A stretch of DNA of 63,688 nucleotides, filler included, from Reticulomyxa filosa (lineage: Eukaryota > Protista > Foraminifera), in the NCBI GenBank assembly GCA_000512085.1. It is 21 parts of 21 records of this genome, joined end to end, with 100 filler letters (N's around TTAATTAATTAA, not from the genome) between each part and the next. Parts side by side here need not be neighbours in the genome. Positions count along the whole stretch, not along the records: positions 47,344 to 53,935 come from ASPP01023917.1; positions 54,036 to 57,381 come from ASPP01009950.1; positions 57,482 to 59,322 come from ASPP01002247.1; positions 59,423 to 61,985 come from ASPP01024348.1; positions 62,086 to 63,688 come from ASPP01000382.1; 16 more parts are not named here. One strand, written 5' to 3'. The position numbers and the translations under genes are program-made. This document shows positions 50,971 to 63,688 of this stretch, piece after piece. Below the pieces are notes generated by a model. It was given only the letters and a program-made list of their open reading frames with translations. It was not told where the DNA came from and did no database searches. Position 1 is the stretch's first letter. The number at the start of each line of letters is the position of its first letter.

Positions 50971-52052
50971 TAACTATTTCATGAAAAAGGGAACATTGTT
51001 GTTGGATTCATTTGTCATTTATTTAATTGTTTACATTCAACTATTTTGTTGATTTCATGTGTTTTGGTTACGCTGCACTTCGCCTTCCCAGCAAAAAAAA
51101 AACCTTGTAATAACGTCACTTTTGCACAAACCAATGAAAGGTGTTGTTTTACTCCATCGAAACAGCCCATTTTGTTAGATACAATATATAACATGTTCAT
51201 TTCTCAACTCCTGGATGAACACCATTCGAGATTTCAATAATTTTTTTTTGCTATAACAATAACAGTGACTATGGTTCACTGCAGCAAGATGATGCAAAAC
51301 CGAGTGTCTATAATCTCAAGATTGACCGGCAAAAAGATTGGAACGAGGTCGCTCGAAGAACTCTTTTTGTTGTCATTTTCTTTGAATGTGAGGCTTTTAT
51401 ACTGTACATATTTCTGTTAGATTTTAGCTTTTTTAACAATCACAAACAATCCTGGTTTCTGGCATATATTTGGGATTCCTTATCTCCTTGTCCCTTTTGA
51501 TCGGTTATGTCGGATATGCGGTCCGCAACAAACTACCAGAACTAGCTCTATATTCCTTTTGCTTTTTCCTACTTTCTGTATTTTATTGTGGTATCGCCAT
51601 TTATAGCATTGTTAGGCTTTTTTAAGTTTTTTCTGGTATGTAGATATAATGATACTTATTATATATACATATACCATTGATTATTTGTTTTTTTTCCTTA
51701 GAAAATTTTGATTTGCCAAATGTCGGTTTACAGCATTTATTTCATTTGCGCAATTGTCTTACTGTTGAAAAAAAAAATATTTTCATCGAAAAATGAATTA
51801 TCTTGAGCATTTTTTTTAAAAATTCTGTTATATTTTCTTTATCAGCTGTATTCTACTAAATCACTTCTAAAAGCGTTCCTACTATAGAATTTGATGTTAT
51901 CAAAGTGAATAAGAAGATATTATTAATTTCAGAGCTTTTGTTGCAGGAACAGGGAAATGACCTTTTTTTTTTTTACAAGGCTTGCTTCTTTGTTTTTGTG
52001 TTGCAAATAGTCTTTAGTACTGTTGTGTGGGAAAGCTTGCTTCTAAAAACAA

Positions 52053-53741
52053 ATGTTCAGTATTCTAAAGCAAGAAAAAAAATGCTGTGAAGACGTGTGG
52101 CGTCGACTGTGGTCATACTTGAAAATACTGTGTTCTGGAATATTTTTTGCAACGTCAGTTTCAACAGTATATACGTTTTTGTCAACTGTGGATGAAGTAA
52201 AGGTTCTTCATTACGAAAATGATCAAAATGTATATGATGGAATCATATGCATTCCAGAAGGCACAACAACAACGAGATATTGTAATAACATGGCTCAAGA
52301 GATGGCATTATTGGCACAAAGTGGGATGTCGCTATATAACAACTCTGAAAATGGAATGACTCCGGAGTCGGAGGTGGCTCTATATTCGTCGTGGAATTGT
52401 TATGAACTGGCCAAGTTGCGCGAGCACGGTAGGACATTGCTCAATTTCAGTGAAATGAATAACTTTTGGATTTTAATTTTGGTGTTTACACCATTGTATA
52501 GTATCTTTGCGATCCTGCACGATTGTGCATTGTTATTTTTGAACGGGGGAGGAGATTTCACGTGGAGTCGAATCATGAGAGAGGGAAAGTATCCACATAT
52601 ACTAAGAAATCCAATACCATATATTGCTTATCCAATAGCGTGGGTTAGCGAGTACTGTAGTAAATCTTATTTGTGCCCAGTTCAATTTATATCATTGCTT
52701 GTGCTCATTCTGATTAGTATTGCTGGATTACTTGTGTGGCTTCTCGTTTTTCTTGTGTATACGTTGATTCTAATTTGTTTGAGCGTACTTGATACTGTAT
52801 GTCGCTGTAATGGCAGTACGGACCAATTTGTGTTGATCGTTAGCAGCTGGGCTACTGCCTTTTTACGAGGATTAGTAAGCTATATAGCTGCAATAGGTCT
52901 GACACTTGGCTACTTACTCCAACAGCGGCTGAATACCAATGGCTGGGACAAAGCTGCATATGGTTTTGAACAACAGGCCAGTTGCGACTGCACATGCAAT
53001 TTCTACCTGAAGTTAGGTGACCTCAGCTCGTATCTACTCATGGCAGCGATTCTCGTGATCACCAACTTGTTGTTTTTAGCTGGATGGGTGGCGGATGGTG
53101 TGATCAGGAATCAACATTTTTATCTGGTGAAATATGACATCCCTGTACGTATAGCTACGCGACAGAGAGAAGACGACCCTGCACTAAGTATCATCGAATA
53201 TATGGACTATATACGTGGTGACGAAGCCGGTGCAGAAATGGTCATCAGAGATCCCGAGGAAGATGAAACTAACCTTGATATCGCTCACTGTTTTACCAGG
53301 GCTACATCGGTCCCACAGATCGAAGTCTTAGAGAGAGTATCCATCACGCTGCAAAAGCGATTCAGTATATCGGAGCCACTCCATACCACTCCGAGTCATG
53401 ATGACCAAGTCACATCCAACGTTTGCAATTTCAATATTGATCGAAACAAAGACAGTAATGAAGTCAGTCGAAGAACCTTTTTTACTTTCTCGTTCTTTTT
53501 CTGTGGGATCGTTGGGTTGTCGTGTTCTTTTTCTGAGTTCAGCGAAGTTGACAATTACAAACAGTCCTGGGTTGCAGTCCTATACTTGTGTCTTCTCATC
53601 CTCTTTATCATCATCACTATCTATGGTGGATGTCTGATGTGCATAAAAACTCCCGAACTTACTTCCATTCTCTGTATTTCTTGGGCGCTTATTGTTTCAA
53701 TATTTTGTATTGCCATTGCGAACATTTCCAAGCTTTTATAA
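52053..53741 (+). CDS. Intronless 562-aa multi-pass membrane protein, unknown family
   Basis: Uninterrupted ORF with ~9-10 hydrophobic segments, a Cys-rich loop (CIP..YC..WNCY), a CDCTC motif and an acidic loop. Confidence 0.8.
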   Translation: MFSILKQEKKCCEDVWRRLWSYLKILCSGIFFATSVSTVYTFLSTVDEVKVLHYENDQNVYDGIICIPEGTTTTRYCNNMAQEMALLAQSGMSLYNNSENGMTPESEVALYSSWNCYELAKLREHGRTLLNFSEMNNFWILILVFTPLYSIFAILHDCALLFLNGGGDFTWSRIMREGKYPHILRNPIPYIAYPIAWVSEYCSKSYLCPVQFISLLVLILISIAGLLVWLLVFLVYTLILICLSVLDTVCRCNGSTDQFVLIVSSWATAFLRGLVSYIAAIGLTLGYLLQQRLNTNGWDKAAYGFEQQASCDCTCNFYLKLGDLSSYLLMAAILVITNLLFLAGWVADGVIRNQHFYLVKYDIPVRIATRQREDDPALSIIEYMDYIRGDEAGAEMVIRDPEEDETNLDIAHCFTRATSVPQIEVLERVSITLQKRFSISEPLHTTPSHDDQVTSNVCNFNIDRNKDSNEVSRRTFFTFSFFFCGIVGLSCSFSEFSEVDNYKQSWVAVLYLCLLILFIIITIYGGCLMCIKTPELTSILCISWALIVSIFCIAIANISKLL

Positions 53742-54035
53742 AAATTTTATTGTAATACATAGTACTATTGATGGCTGTACGTTTTTTTTTTCTCTCCAAG
53801 TTTTTTTTTTCTATAATTGATACAATTATTTGTTGTCTTTCTATTGGTCACGTTTTTTAATCGACAAGCAAATTGCACTATATACGTATGCTCGCTTCTA
53901 TTAAGCGTTACTGCACTTGTTTCCCCTCCCCCCCCNNNNNNNNNNNNNNNNNNNNNNNNNNNNNNNNNNNNNNNNNNNNTTAATTAATTAANNNNNNNNN
54001 NNNNNNNNNNNNNNNNNNNNNNNNNNNNNNNNNNN

Positions 54036-57000
54036 CTTGTCTTGTATGTCCTAAGAAAGCATAGCATTGATTGTATTACCTTCTCCAATTCTTCTCATCA
54101 AGTTTTGTCCAAAAAAAAAAATTTATATACATATATATATGTAAACATATATATTCCAATAAAACTTTATTACATACATGACATATAAATATATATAATA
54201 TATGTATATATTATTTATAAGAATTCAAATTGCAAGCTATGGTGGTCGCATCCACTTGCCATGGATATGAAAGAGATTGCACAAGACATGGACTTTGAGC
54301 CTTTGAAGATTGCACAATTGGGCCAAGGGCTATGTGTACTGATGGGCTGTTCCGACTCTCAGACCGGTGAAACACGTCTACTACTACTTTTATATCGAAT
54401 CATGGACAGCACATCGAATCCCGATTCAAGTCCGCGCGAACATGCTTTGAGCAGATACCACGTCATAGATATCCCCTTTCCTCCGTCGCAGGCCGTGGTC
54501 GATAGCTCGTCGCTGTCCAACTTGCACTTGGGGACTACCTGGGATTACCGCGGCGACACAGAGTCCAATGGCATCGATCCGCAGGTGGTGCCTGTCGCCA
54601 TGATTTGGAGTGATATGGCCAACAGCAAGTCTTCAGACTCTGCTTTTTTTGCAGTTGCACCACTGATCAATCAAAACGATGACAATGGTCAATCGAATCT
54701 TTTATAAACAAATCTGTATCATATTCACACAAATAAAACAAATAAAACAAATAAATTCAATAAAATAAAATAGATGAAGTGTGGCAGGGAATTCAAAGAG
54801 ATTACCGTCGTTTGTATGGCTATGAGCTATGCGACAACGAAAGTCCAGACCACGAAACGGCAGTGCAACACATGGTAACTACAATCAATTGGCTTGGAGA
54901 TTGGAAGCGAACGCCTTCAATCGACGTGTTAGACGCGACATCTCCATCCACGCTGTCTCCCGCAGAGCATGGCATGGCCATGTTCGGAGGGGGGATCGTG
55001 ACCTTACCTTACGACTTTGCACGGAATGTCCCAGCGAATGGAGCGAGCAGATCTGTTCGAGGGAAGCAAGAGAATAAAGAGGATGGAAATATCCAAGAAC
55101 AGAAATGGATGTCAGACGACAACACGGAAGAAGAATGCAATCTGTCCCTCCCTCTTTTGGAAAGAGATCTCGATACGTGGGAAGACCACTCCGACGTGCC
55201 CAGTGTCTCAAAGCGAAACACGCCAAAGCAGTTGACAGGTTCACACACCTTTTTTTCCTTGTTTGCTTTTGCTTGTACGCCAATTTTCATCTTTTTTTTT
55301 TTTTTTAAAAAAAAAAAAAGGTGGAGGCTATGCATATTTTTTGAATGAAAAGTATCAAGTAATGCGCGTGAAATTTTCACTCTCTTGTGCAAGAGCCGCC
55401 AAAGTGGACATGTTTGCCAATAACAAAGAATTGAAGCAGCGCCAAAACGAACGACACGAAACTATGATGAAATTGGCATTTACACTGTTTGAACACGGAC
55501 CGTCGAAATATGCAAGGGCGAGTAGAGTTGCACAAGAACTGATTAACTTATCTTCGCAAGAGTTCTTTCTTTGTTTTCACAACACAAATTACATACGTAA
55601 ACATATACATATATATATGTATATATATATATGTATATGTATATATGTGATTCTTCAAGTACACATTTTAAAAAAAAAAATACCAAAGATTGTCAAGCAT
55701 TGTGGTGAAATTGGGAGAGAACATTTTAAACTGTTCGTTGTTTGAACTATTTGGACAAAAGAGTTACTCCATTTCAAATTTCAAATCTATGTAATTGAAT
55801 GGTAGAGTGTGACCAGCAAATTGAAAAAGTGTTTGTGTTTGTTTTTTTTGCGCATATGTTTGGACACCAACAAAAAGAAGATAATGCGACCACCCAGTTG
55901 GAAAAGAAGCAATTGAAAGCGAAGCAGAAAATACACCGAGGATATGTGAGTTTTCTCAAACAATGTCCGTCAGGACAAGTGCTTTGGAATAACATTACTT
56001 ACGAGGCCAAATATATCTTGGAAGAACATGAAGAATTGTTGGAAGGTGTTTTGCTTGTTTGTATTCAAATGTTCAAATGAATAATGTTCACAAATTTAAA
56101 ATTAAATTGATGAAATAAAAAAAAAGGAGCATTTCGATTGTATGATTATGTCATTCGAAATAAGGACAACTATGCAAGACACGTTGAATTGGACCAATCG
56201 ATGGGGAGGACCCATCATCTCACCGAGTCTGTTGTGGTGTACGACGATGTGGATGACATTGCCATAGCATTGGGTATAACCCAAGACAACACTCGCACAC
56301 AAGCGTTGCAACTCCTCGAAAGAGAGTTTGTGTATTTGCTGGTGTATGCCACGTTAAGTGAGCGCCACACGGACGACTTTGTCAAGATTCATGAGCACCA
56401 TCTGTTGGATATATTTTTTCAGGAAATTGCTGCGTTGCCAGAGGTATTGCAATGGACACCTTTGGTGCTTGAGCATGTTTTGGAGCAATTGGCGAGCCAT
56501 GCCAATGACATTCGTAATGGTCATGGACAAGCATTCGTGGTCTATATCGACGACATGAAGAATGCAATGTCGAAACGACAGCAACTTGTGTTGTCACGAC
56601 TGAAGGACAGAACCGTGCAATTGTGCAAGGCTGTATTTGCAAGGGGCTTGCTGCAATGGTATTCCGACGACGTTGGACTACTGGTCCAATTATTCCTCAT
56701 GCGAGTGGCTCTGCAACTTATTCAGACCCTGCTCCATGTCGCAACCAAGCATCGGTCCAATGTCCACAACGCATCGTTGTTCCAATCAATTGATGTGTCT
56801 CCAGTTTGGGAAAAGACTGTCTTTTTTTTATTGCCACTCCAAAACACATACACACATATTTTTTATTGTTAGTTAACTCTAAATCATACAAATAACTCGA
56901 TTTGTGTAACTTGCAGTTTGTATGTTTTTATGCCTTGTGTTTAACTCACATTACTTGGATGGCCGAAACCATACAGCGACAGCCATGGCATTACAGCAAA

Positions 57001-57339
57001 AATGTCCGCGACATATCCATGGGGTTGATTCTCGGCGTGGAAAAGCTGTTGTCCATCGCCAAGACACAGCTCGACGACTCCAGGAATCAAAAGATGGAGT
57101 CAAGGGACGAAGATGAAAAAGAGGCCATTCAAGCGCAGCGTGGGGCAGACGTGAGGATTTTGCCACAACATCGCAGCTCTGGTTTCACGCATTCCATATG
57201 CAAAGAATGGAGTCAATTGTATCAAGTCGTTCAAGTTCTATGCATCAACGTGTTAGACTCATTGCAGTTTGAATTACACAATTTTGCCATGTTAATTTTT
57301 TTTTTTTTTTTTTTTTTGGAGCCAATCACAATCATTTCA

Positions 57340-57371
<32 letters not shown>

Positions 57372-57381
57372 AAAAAAAAAA
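54036..57381 (+). CDS. NUP133: Nucleoporin Nup133-like, internal multi-exon fragment
   Basis: KQLKAKQKIHRGYVSFLKQ...ILEEHEELL resembles the Nup133 QLxxKxxxHxxFxxFL...LxEHxEKL motif; DIFFQEI resembles Nup133 DVFF. Propeller-like exons precede helical ones. Confidence 0.6.
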
Positions 57382-57899
57382 NNNNNNNNNNNNNNNNNNN
57401 NNNNNNNNNNNNNNNNNNNNNNNNNTTAATTAATTAANNNNNNNNNNNNNNNNNNNNNNNNNNNNNNNNNNNNNNNNNNNNACAATCCTACACCAATAAG
57501 AACAGCAATAAGTAAAAAAAGTTGTTGTTTTTTTTGCCAGTTGTGATACAGTTTAAAAAGAGAGACTACTGGTTGGTAATGCTTTGGCAGAAATTGGGTA
57601 TTGAAATTCAATATACAAAGAACGAAGCAATCATTGCATTTGTTTGATTTGCAATTGAGATCAATTGTATTCAATATGGAGATATGAATGAAGCACTGAT
57701 CGCAGTAGAGAATTTTTTTAAATAATTCACTGACAACAATTACAACATATTAAAGTAAAACAACTCAAATACAAATTAATGAGCTGAATATCATATGTCA
57801 AAGACAATTTCATCAAAAAATGAAGAAAAACGGACATATTGAGAATGATTTTGCTATGTTATTTCAAATGGAAAATAAAAGATGAATGAACATTTAAAT

Positions 57900-58146
57900 A
57901 CCTCATTAATCAACTTCCTGTCTTTGAATACATTGAATTGTTTGGTTGTTCAATATCCCATATTCGAACGGCTTTATCATATGGTCCAGAACACAAATAT
58001 ACTATTATTAAATGATGAAAATTCAATTCTACAAACAGTGTTAGTATATCCATGGAATATTTGCAATTGCCTACTATGTTTGAAATCCCAAAAACAAATA
58101 GTGTCATCATTTGATGAAGAACAAATGACATTTTGACAATGAACAT
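57900..58146 (-). pseudogene. WD40 relic
   Basis: YLCSGPYDKAVRIWDIE with frameshifts. Confidence 0.6.
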
Positions 58147-58584
58147 AATGTGTCAAACTGAATACAGTATATCACATGTTAAATATATCAATATTTTAAT
58201 TTATATTTTTAAAAAAAGAACAGAATTTGATAGATATCTTTTTAACGTATCATCGGACTTTATTTTTTGAGAAAAGTTTAGACAAACTGAAATATTAGAC
58301 TAAACAAAAATTTAATTTTGAAAGATGTACGATTCATTCACTTACAGAAAATTCCAATTCGATGTATCAATGAATTGTTTTTTCTTTTTCAAAAAAAATT
58401 TGCCAGCACAAAATACTTTCGAATAAACAAACAACAAAAAAGAGAAGGCACAGAGGTTGTGATTGTGAACAACCTGACCGAAAGACGATATTTGCACATA
58501 TGTAATGGCTCTCTTTCTTCCTTCTCTTATTGTGTTAAAAAAAAAAATTTTTTTAGCGGTTTTCGAAGAAAAAAATTCGCAATT

Positions 58585-59310
58585 TCAAACAGTCAAATCC
58601 ATCAACACATTTTCAAGAGTGACTTCGTCCAAGCAATGGCATAATGTAATTGCGGCAGTGACTCTGCTCGAAAATTGGAAATACAAAGGCTCCAATAAAT
58701 CATCATTCACTTGAACGGACAGTGTTCTGCTCACGCAATCTACCCGCATACGCACACGCATGTTGCGAAAGCTTTTGGGTCCTTTCCAAGCCTCATGTGC
58801 TTCTATTCAGTACACAAAAAGTTGACAAAAACTTGGAATATTCTTGTTTGGTTTGATTTTTTTTGTAAACTAAATAAATTAAAAAAAATAAAAAAAATAA
58901 CTTTGTGGGTCTGTAGAAGTAGTGACCGTGGAGCTGCGTTTAATATTATAAAAAGCGACAGGATTATTGGACGGTGCGTGTGTGGGAATAATCGGATTTG
59001 CAGAAATGTCAATATTTCTGACTATGGGTCGTGATTGTTCATTTTGGAACAATTGAACATAGTTGAAACTATTTAAAGGTTTGGTGCTGTTTTGAGAGCT
59101 ATCTAACGTAGTCAACATGCTGCCGTTAAAATAGGCAACACGATCACGCACTGAAATGCCCACAGACTGTTCATCCAATCCCAAGTGATGGTTTTTGAGA
59201 TCATTGGGCTGTTTATATTCTTCCGTTATCACACCAATGAAAATGTCATGCTTCGCATATTCTACCATAAATTCAAAAGTAAATGGATTACTGTCTCGTC
59301 CGATCCATAC
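58585..59310 (-). CDS. SPRY/B30.2-domain protein, C-terminal exons
   Basis: FEFMVE..HDIFIGV....LGLDEQSVGI, then final exon VRMRVDCVSRTLSVQVND...AAITL; a SPRY-like pattern with an insertion. Confidence 0.6.
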
Positions 59311-60147
59311 ATTTGCTATATANNNNNNNNNNNNNNNNNNNNNNNNNNNNNNNNNNNNNNNNNNNNTTAATTAATTAANNNNNNNNNNNNNNNNNNNNNN
59401 NNNNNNNNNNNNNNNNNNNNNNTTTAATTCAAGTTTACCAACGTGTTATATCTCATTTGGCTTTTTAACTAAATGTATTTTCTTTGGAATAGACTTTATT
59501 AAGGTTTTACAAATATTTGTTTACATTTTTTTCCAATCTGTTTCTGCATATCATCAAAATTATGACCAATCTCCAATTGTGGCGCAGTTTTGCAGGCAAT
59601 TACTTCATTTGTGTTAACCCAAAAACTGGAACAAAACAAAAGAAGGTAAAACTATTGCCACATTAAAAGAAATTCGAAGTTAGACTTTGTTGTTCGTGCA
59701 AAAGTAAACATGTAGTGGCTTTTTAATGACAAAAAATTCTTTCAAGGGATGATTGCAATTTGATGCGTGGAAAAAAGTTCTCCTTGACGAAAAGGACAAA
59801 GAACATAACTAAAAAAATAATGTATATTTCGTACATTCAATTTGTTTTATGTGGATCAGAAATATGATAATTATGATTAATCACTCAGATGCTGCTGAGT
59901 GAAATATTATGAGAGCACATAGTAATGAAATAAATGAACATATGTTTGTGCAGATTTTTTTCTTGTAAAGTAAATTTATTTGCATAAAATTATGTAGTCC
60001 CTTACTTAATAAAACAAAAAGCATATGGTACTCATGTCCTTGCATATTTGTTTTGCCAAACACGCAAATAATAAAAAAAATCACTCAATGCAAATAAGCT
60101 TTCTCTGCAAGGAAATGATCGAATATAACAAAATGTTTTTTATTTTC

Positions 60148-61629
60148 TCACAGTTCATTTATTAATATTTTTTGCTTCCATTTTGTTTGTAATGTCCTGA
60201 AACTCCATTCTCCCAGCAATGTATTATACACCTTCCATGCCCTTTCAAAATATTCACACGCTGTTTTATAGTTCCCCAGCCTTTCAAATTCTAGTCCTAA
60301 AGTCCAAAATGAATCAGCTACGTCTTTATAATTAAATCCGAAAATTTCTAACTTAATTTGCAATGACTTTTCATAATATCCAATTGCTTTATTGTGTTCA
60401 CCTTTAAGTTGATAAATTTCCCCTAATTTATCATATGAAAATGCAACATCTGTATGGTTGGCTCCAAAAATTGCGACTCTGGTTTCTAATGCCTTCGTAT
60501 GATATTCAATTGCTTTTTCGTATTGTGTTATCGCATCATAAGTATAACCCAAGTTTTCATACAAATGAGCAACAAAATTACAATGAGTTCCAAAAACATT
60601 CAATAGAATTTGTAATACTTTTTCATAGAATTCAATTGTTTTATTATATTGTCTTTGATAACAATAAACATTTCCAATTAAATTATATGCAATTGCAACG
60701 TAATGATGATTCGAACCAAAGTGTTCAATTGCAATTTGCAAATATTGTTGAAAGCAAACAATAGATTCATCAAATAATTTTAGTTCTAGATATTCTCTTC
60801 CTTTATCATCGAGATTTTGAAATTGTACTGGAATATCATGGTGTATTTTTGTATTCCATTGAATAGCTGAAATTGATTGTTTTAATGTTGTATCAATTGT
60901 TGCATTCTTTGTAACAAATAACTGTGTTGTAATGTTTACAGATCCTTTGCATTGAAGCTCACAATCAACAACATATATATTTCCATCGATATGAATATCT
61001 TCAAATACAACCACTTTTCTTTTTATTACATACATACAATATACTCCAAATTCCTTTATACCATTCTCCTTGCTATTTACCAAATTGGAAATTGAAGAAA
61101 TATTATATTTTCTATTTTTCCATTTCAATGTATTGTATGCAACAACGATTAATCCTTGTTCATTACTGTGTATCATTTGTTCAACTATTTTTGATGCTTC
61201 CACATTGCATTTTCTCCAAAACTTATTCCAATGCTTTTTAAAGTCCAATGGCTCTGGGATTTCTTCTTTCTCTCTTGTCAGTTGTTCGTTTTCTTTCATT
61301 TTTGAGATGTCTTCTATTTGATATCAATGCCTGTTCTTATGTCCAAAGGCGGCATTCGTTATTAAGATATTTTACAAAATTATGAAAAAGAAACCTGATT
61401 GAACTTGAATAGTAAAATACACTGGATCTTTTTTAAATGCGTGAATCACACTTTCATCTGTTTCAATTTGCCAGCCATCCCCATCAACGATTGTTAGCAA
61501 TACTTCGTCTATCTTTTTTGGACGAGTGACTTGAATCACTTGCTGCTTTAAATGTTTCATCGTCAGTTCTTGCAATATTATCATATGTGCTTTTCCTTCA
61601 GCATTAACATACGCTTTAAACGAAGTCAT
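60148..61629 (-). CDS. TPR-repeat protein (kinesin-light-chain-like TPRs) with PB1-like N-terminus
   Basis: Exon 1 has TIVDGDGWQIETDESV (PB1/OPCA-like). C-terminal 42-aa TPRs: HxxVAxxYxxLG..Y..KAIEYxEKxL. Confidence 0.85.
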
Positions 61630-61845
61630 TCTTATGAAATGATGACGAATTGAACTTTTTTAACGTTTTTTTTGAGTATCAAAAATAGAAAGCTTCAATT
61701 GACGGAATAGACTAGCTTGAAAATTTTTTAAAAAGTTATTTCTTGCCTAGTGTTGAATAAATTACAACAACAGCAATAATTTAATTTTGTCAAACCTTTT
61801 GAAATACCTAAACAATTTGTTTAAATAATTTATTGTTTACTTTTA

Positions 61846-61985
61846 CAGTAGATTGCAAAAAAACTGCAATACCTAAATGGCACTATATGCAAAGAATCGA
61901 TTTTCTCAATGAAAAATAAAGATTTAAACCTTTTTTTTTTTAAAATATCTAATCTTGTAGTTTTTAAATATTAAAATTTTTTTTT
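61846..61985 (+). mobile_element. Diverged MITE family end at the contig end
   Basis: TA|CAGTAGATTGCAAAA...ACCTAAATGGCACTATA...GATTTTCT...AAAATATCT..TCTTGTA is colinear with the 20404/29812 TIR. Confidence 0.65.
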
Positions 61986-63026
61986 NNNNNNNNNNNNNNN
62001 NNNNNNNNNNNNNNNNNNNNNNNNNNNNNTTAATTAATTAANNNNNNNNNNNNNNNNNNNNNNNNNNNNNNNNNNNNNNNNNNNNACGCTTTTGATTTGT
62101 TTGAACTGTTTGTATTCGTCATTCAAATTACTTTTTCAGACATGATCACTTATTAATTTAAATAATGCAATCCCATAAGTTAATGAGCAATTTCAATTTA
62201 GACTAAATGATCTCTTTGATTGAAACTGTTGATATAAGTACTAGCAACAAAACTCTTTGCAATAATTGAAGTATCCAACGCTTCCTTTCTTTTTTTACTG
62301 TCTTGCTTCTATTAAAAATTGTTTGTCTAAAATCTGAACTTCAATGAATTACTTTGTTCATAATCAAAGTTTCTTGATTGACTGCTAAAATGGTCCAATA
62401 TATAGACTTTTATTTATTTATTTTTCTGCACCAAGCAATTGTTTTGAATTAAATATGTTATATTCTACAAAATAAAAAAAACTTACATTTTTTTTTTAAA
62501 TATGAAAATACAATAATTTTTGAAATTACAAATTCATAATGATTTTTTTTAAAAAGTGTGATACATGTTTAATTTTTGGTGACCATTCCATATATATTTA
62601 TAGTTCGAAAATTAAATTTATCGTTGACGATTTAGAAAACATTTTTGTTGGCGTCTCGTTGTACAAAGCATTTCATTTTATGATCAAAATTTTTATTAGA
62701 GAAAATTCATTTGCTTTGGTGAAAGGATTTTGTCATATCTTGCAAGAAGCAATGATCATATTGTTACAATATTTTTAAGGTCATAAATATATGCAACATT
62801 AATATACAATCACTTTTTTTAAAGTCTTAAAAAAGTAAAGTTTTTTCACCAAACATTTCAAAAATAGCTATGAAGAAAAATGATATTCACTTATTGTTGT
62901 GATGAAAATTTTAAATATATTTCTACTGTTATGACGTACTTCAACAAACAAGGTGCCTTGCGTTGAAAAGTTTTTAAAAGGACTAGTTTTTTTCTTTGTT
63001 GAACATCTGAAAAATTTTTATTTAAA

Positions 63027-63688
63027 ATGACCGCAGTTTTATCGAGTAATGTAGTGGTCTGCCATTTTGAGACCGAACCCTCAATATTTGTCAGTGCATT
63101 CCAAGACAAGGCGCAAAGTGCTTTTTTATTACATTTTCTGAAAGACTTACAACCCAAAGGTCGGAGAAAAAAATGCAAACATTTCTTTTTTTTTCCCCAC
63201 TTACGGCAGTGAAAAATTTGCAAACATCCAAAAAACGATGTTTTATGTATTAAAAAAAATGAATAAACAGATATCGATCTGAAGCCCAATTGGGTAGAGA
63301 TAACGTGTGGAAAGCAGATAAATGGTAAAAATGTGGAGTGGATGAACAAGCAATTGCAATCAATGTTACACTCGTATCCTCCACAACGTTATCACATTCT
63401 TCAAAAGTGCAAAATCTATTTAAAAATAGCGTTTGAATTGCAACAATTGTGGCATTCCTTGCGTACGGCCTCTCTGAAGCACAACTCCAAGGAGCTACAG
63501 CACACGGATATTTCTCAAATTTTTCAAGAGTGTATGCAAAAGCTGGAGCAAATGCACTTGTGGGATAGCACTTCGAATAGTAGTGTCAATGATATGTATT
63601 GGCTGGATATACCTTGTTTGCAGCCTCAAGGGCAACAGCAACAAACAGAAAAGCCAACGTTGCAATCCCAGTCACAGTCACAGTCACA
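63027..63688 (+). CDS. Hypothetical protein, runs off the window end
   Basis: Exon 63027-63159, intron 63160-63270 (phase 1), then an open frame DIDLKPNWVE...QPQGQQQQ..QSQSQSQS to the end. Confidence 0.6.

Overview
This window is not one chromosome segment. It is 21 short contigs joined by 20 identical artificial 100-bp linkers (44 N + TTAATTAATTAA + 44 N), so adjacency across linkers means nothing. Twenty contigs look like a very AT-rich, intron-rich, homopolymer-rich protist genome. The expanded, often decayed WD40, kelch-like and TPR families suggest a foraminiferan such as Reticulomyxa filosa; this is inference, not verified. Recognisable eukaryotic genes, many truncated by contig ends: a bacterial-type SDR with an intron, PP2C, midasin (pseudogene), cAMP-receptor-like and other 7TM proteins, a G-alpha, an ankyrin + flavin amine oxidase fusion, an OAS/DZF-like nucleotidyltransferase-fold protein, an Asp-box beta-propeller, PITH, BORCS8, DUF924, REEP/Yop1, BMT5/DUF2431-like, Nup133-like, SPRY and TPR proteins. 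One contig (31455-33353) is bacterial and alphaproteobacterial/Rickettsiales-like: tRNA-Thr, rlpA, fdxA, tRNA-Leu, a degenerate ribH and the start of nusB. The strongest leads are: (i) a head-to-head pair of apparent pseudo-enzymes, an OAS-like protein lacking catalytic residues and an ankyrin-amine oxidase lacking the conserved Lys; (ii) a TA-flanked pogo/Tc1-like MITE family with ~115-bp TIRs, found on four contigs; (iii) introns whose 3' ends are poly-A rather than polypyrimidine; (iv) the symbiont-like contig with a catalytically eroded lumazine synthase; (v) an unidentified repeated domain family shared by two contigs. All calls are by-eye motif recognition; no database searches were run.
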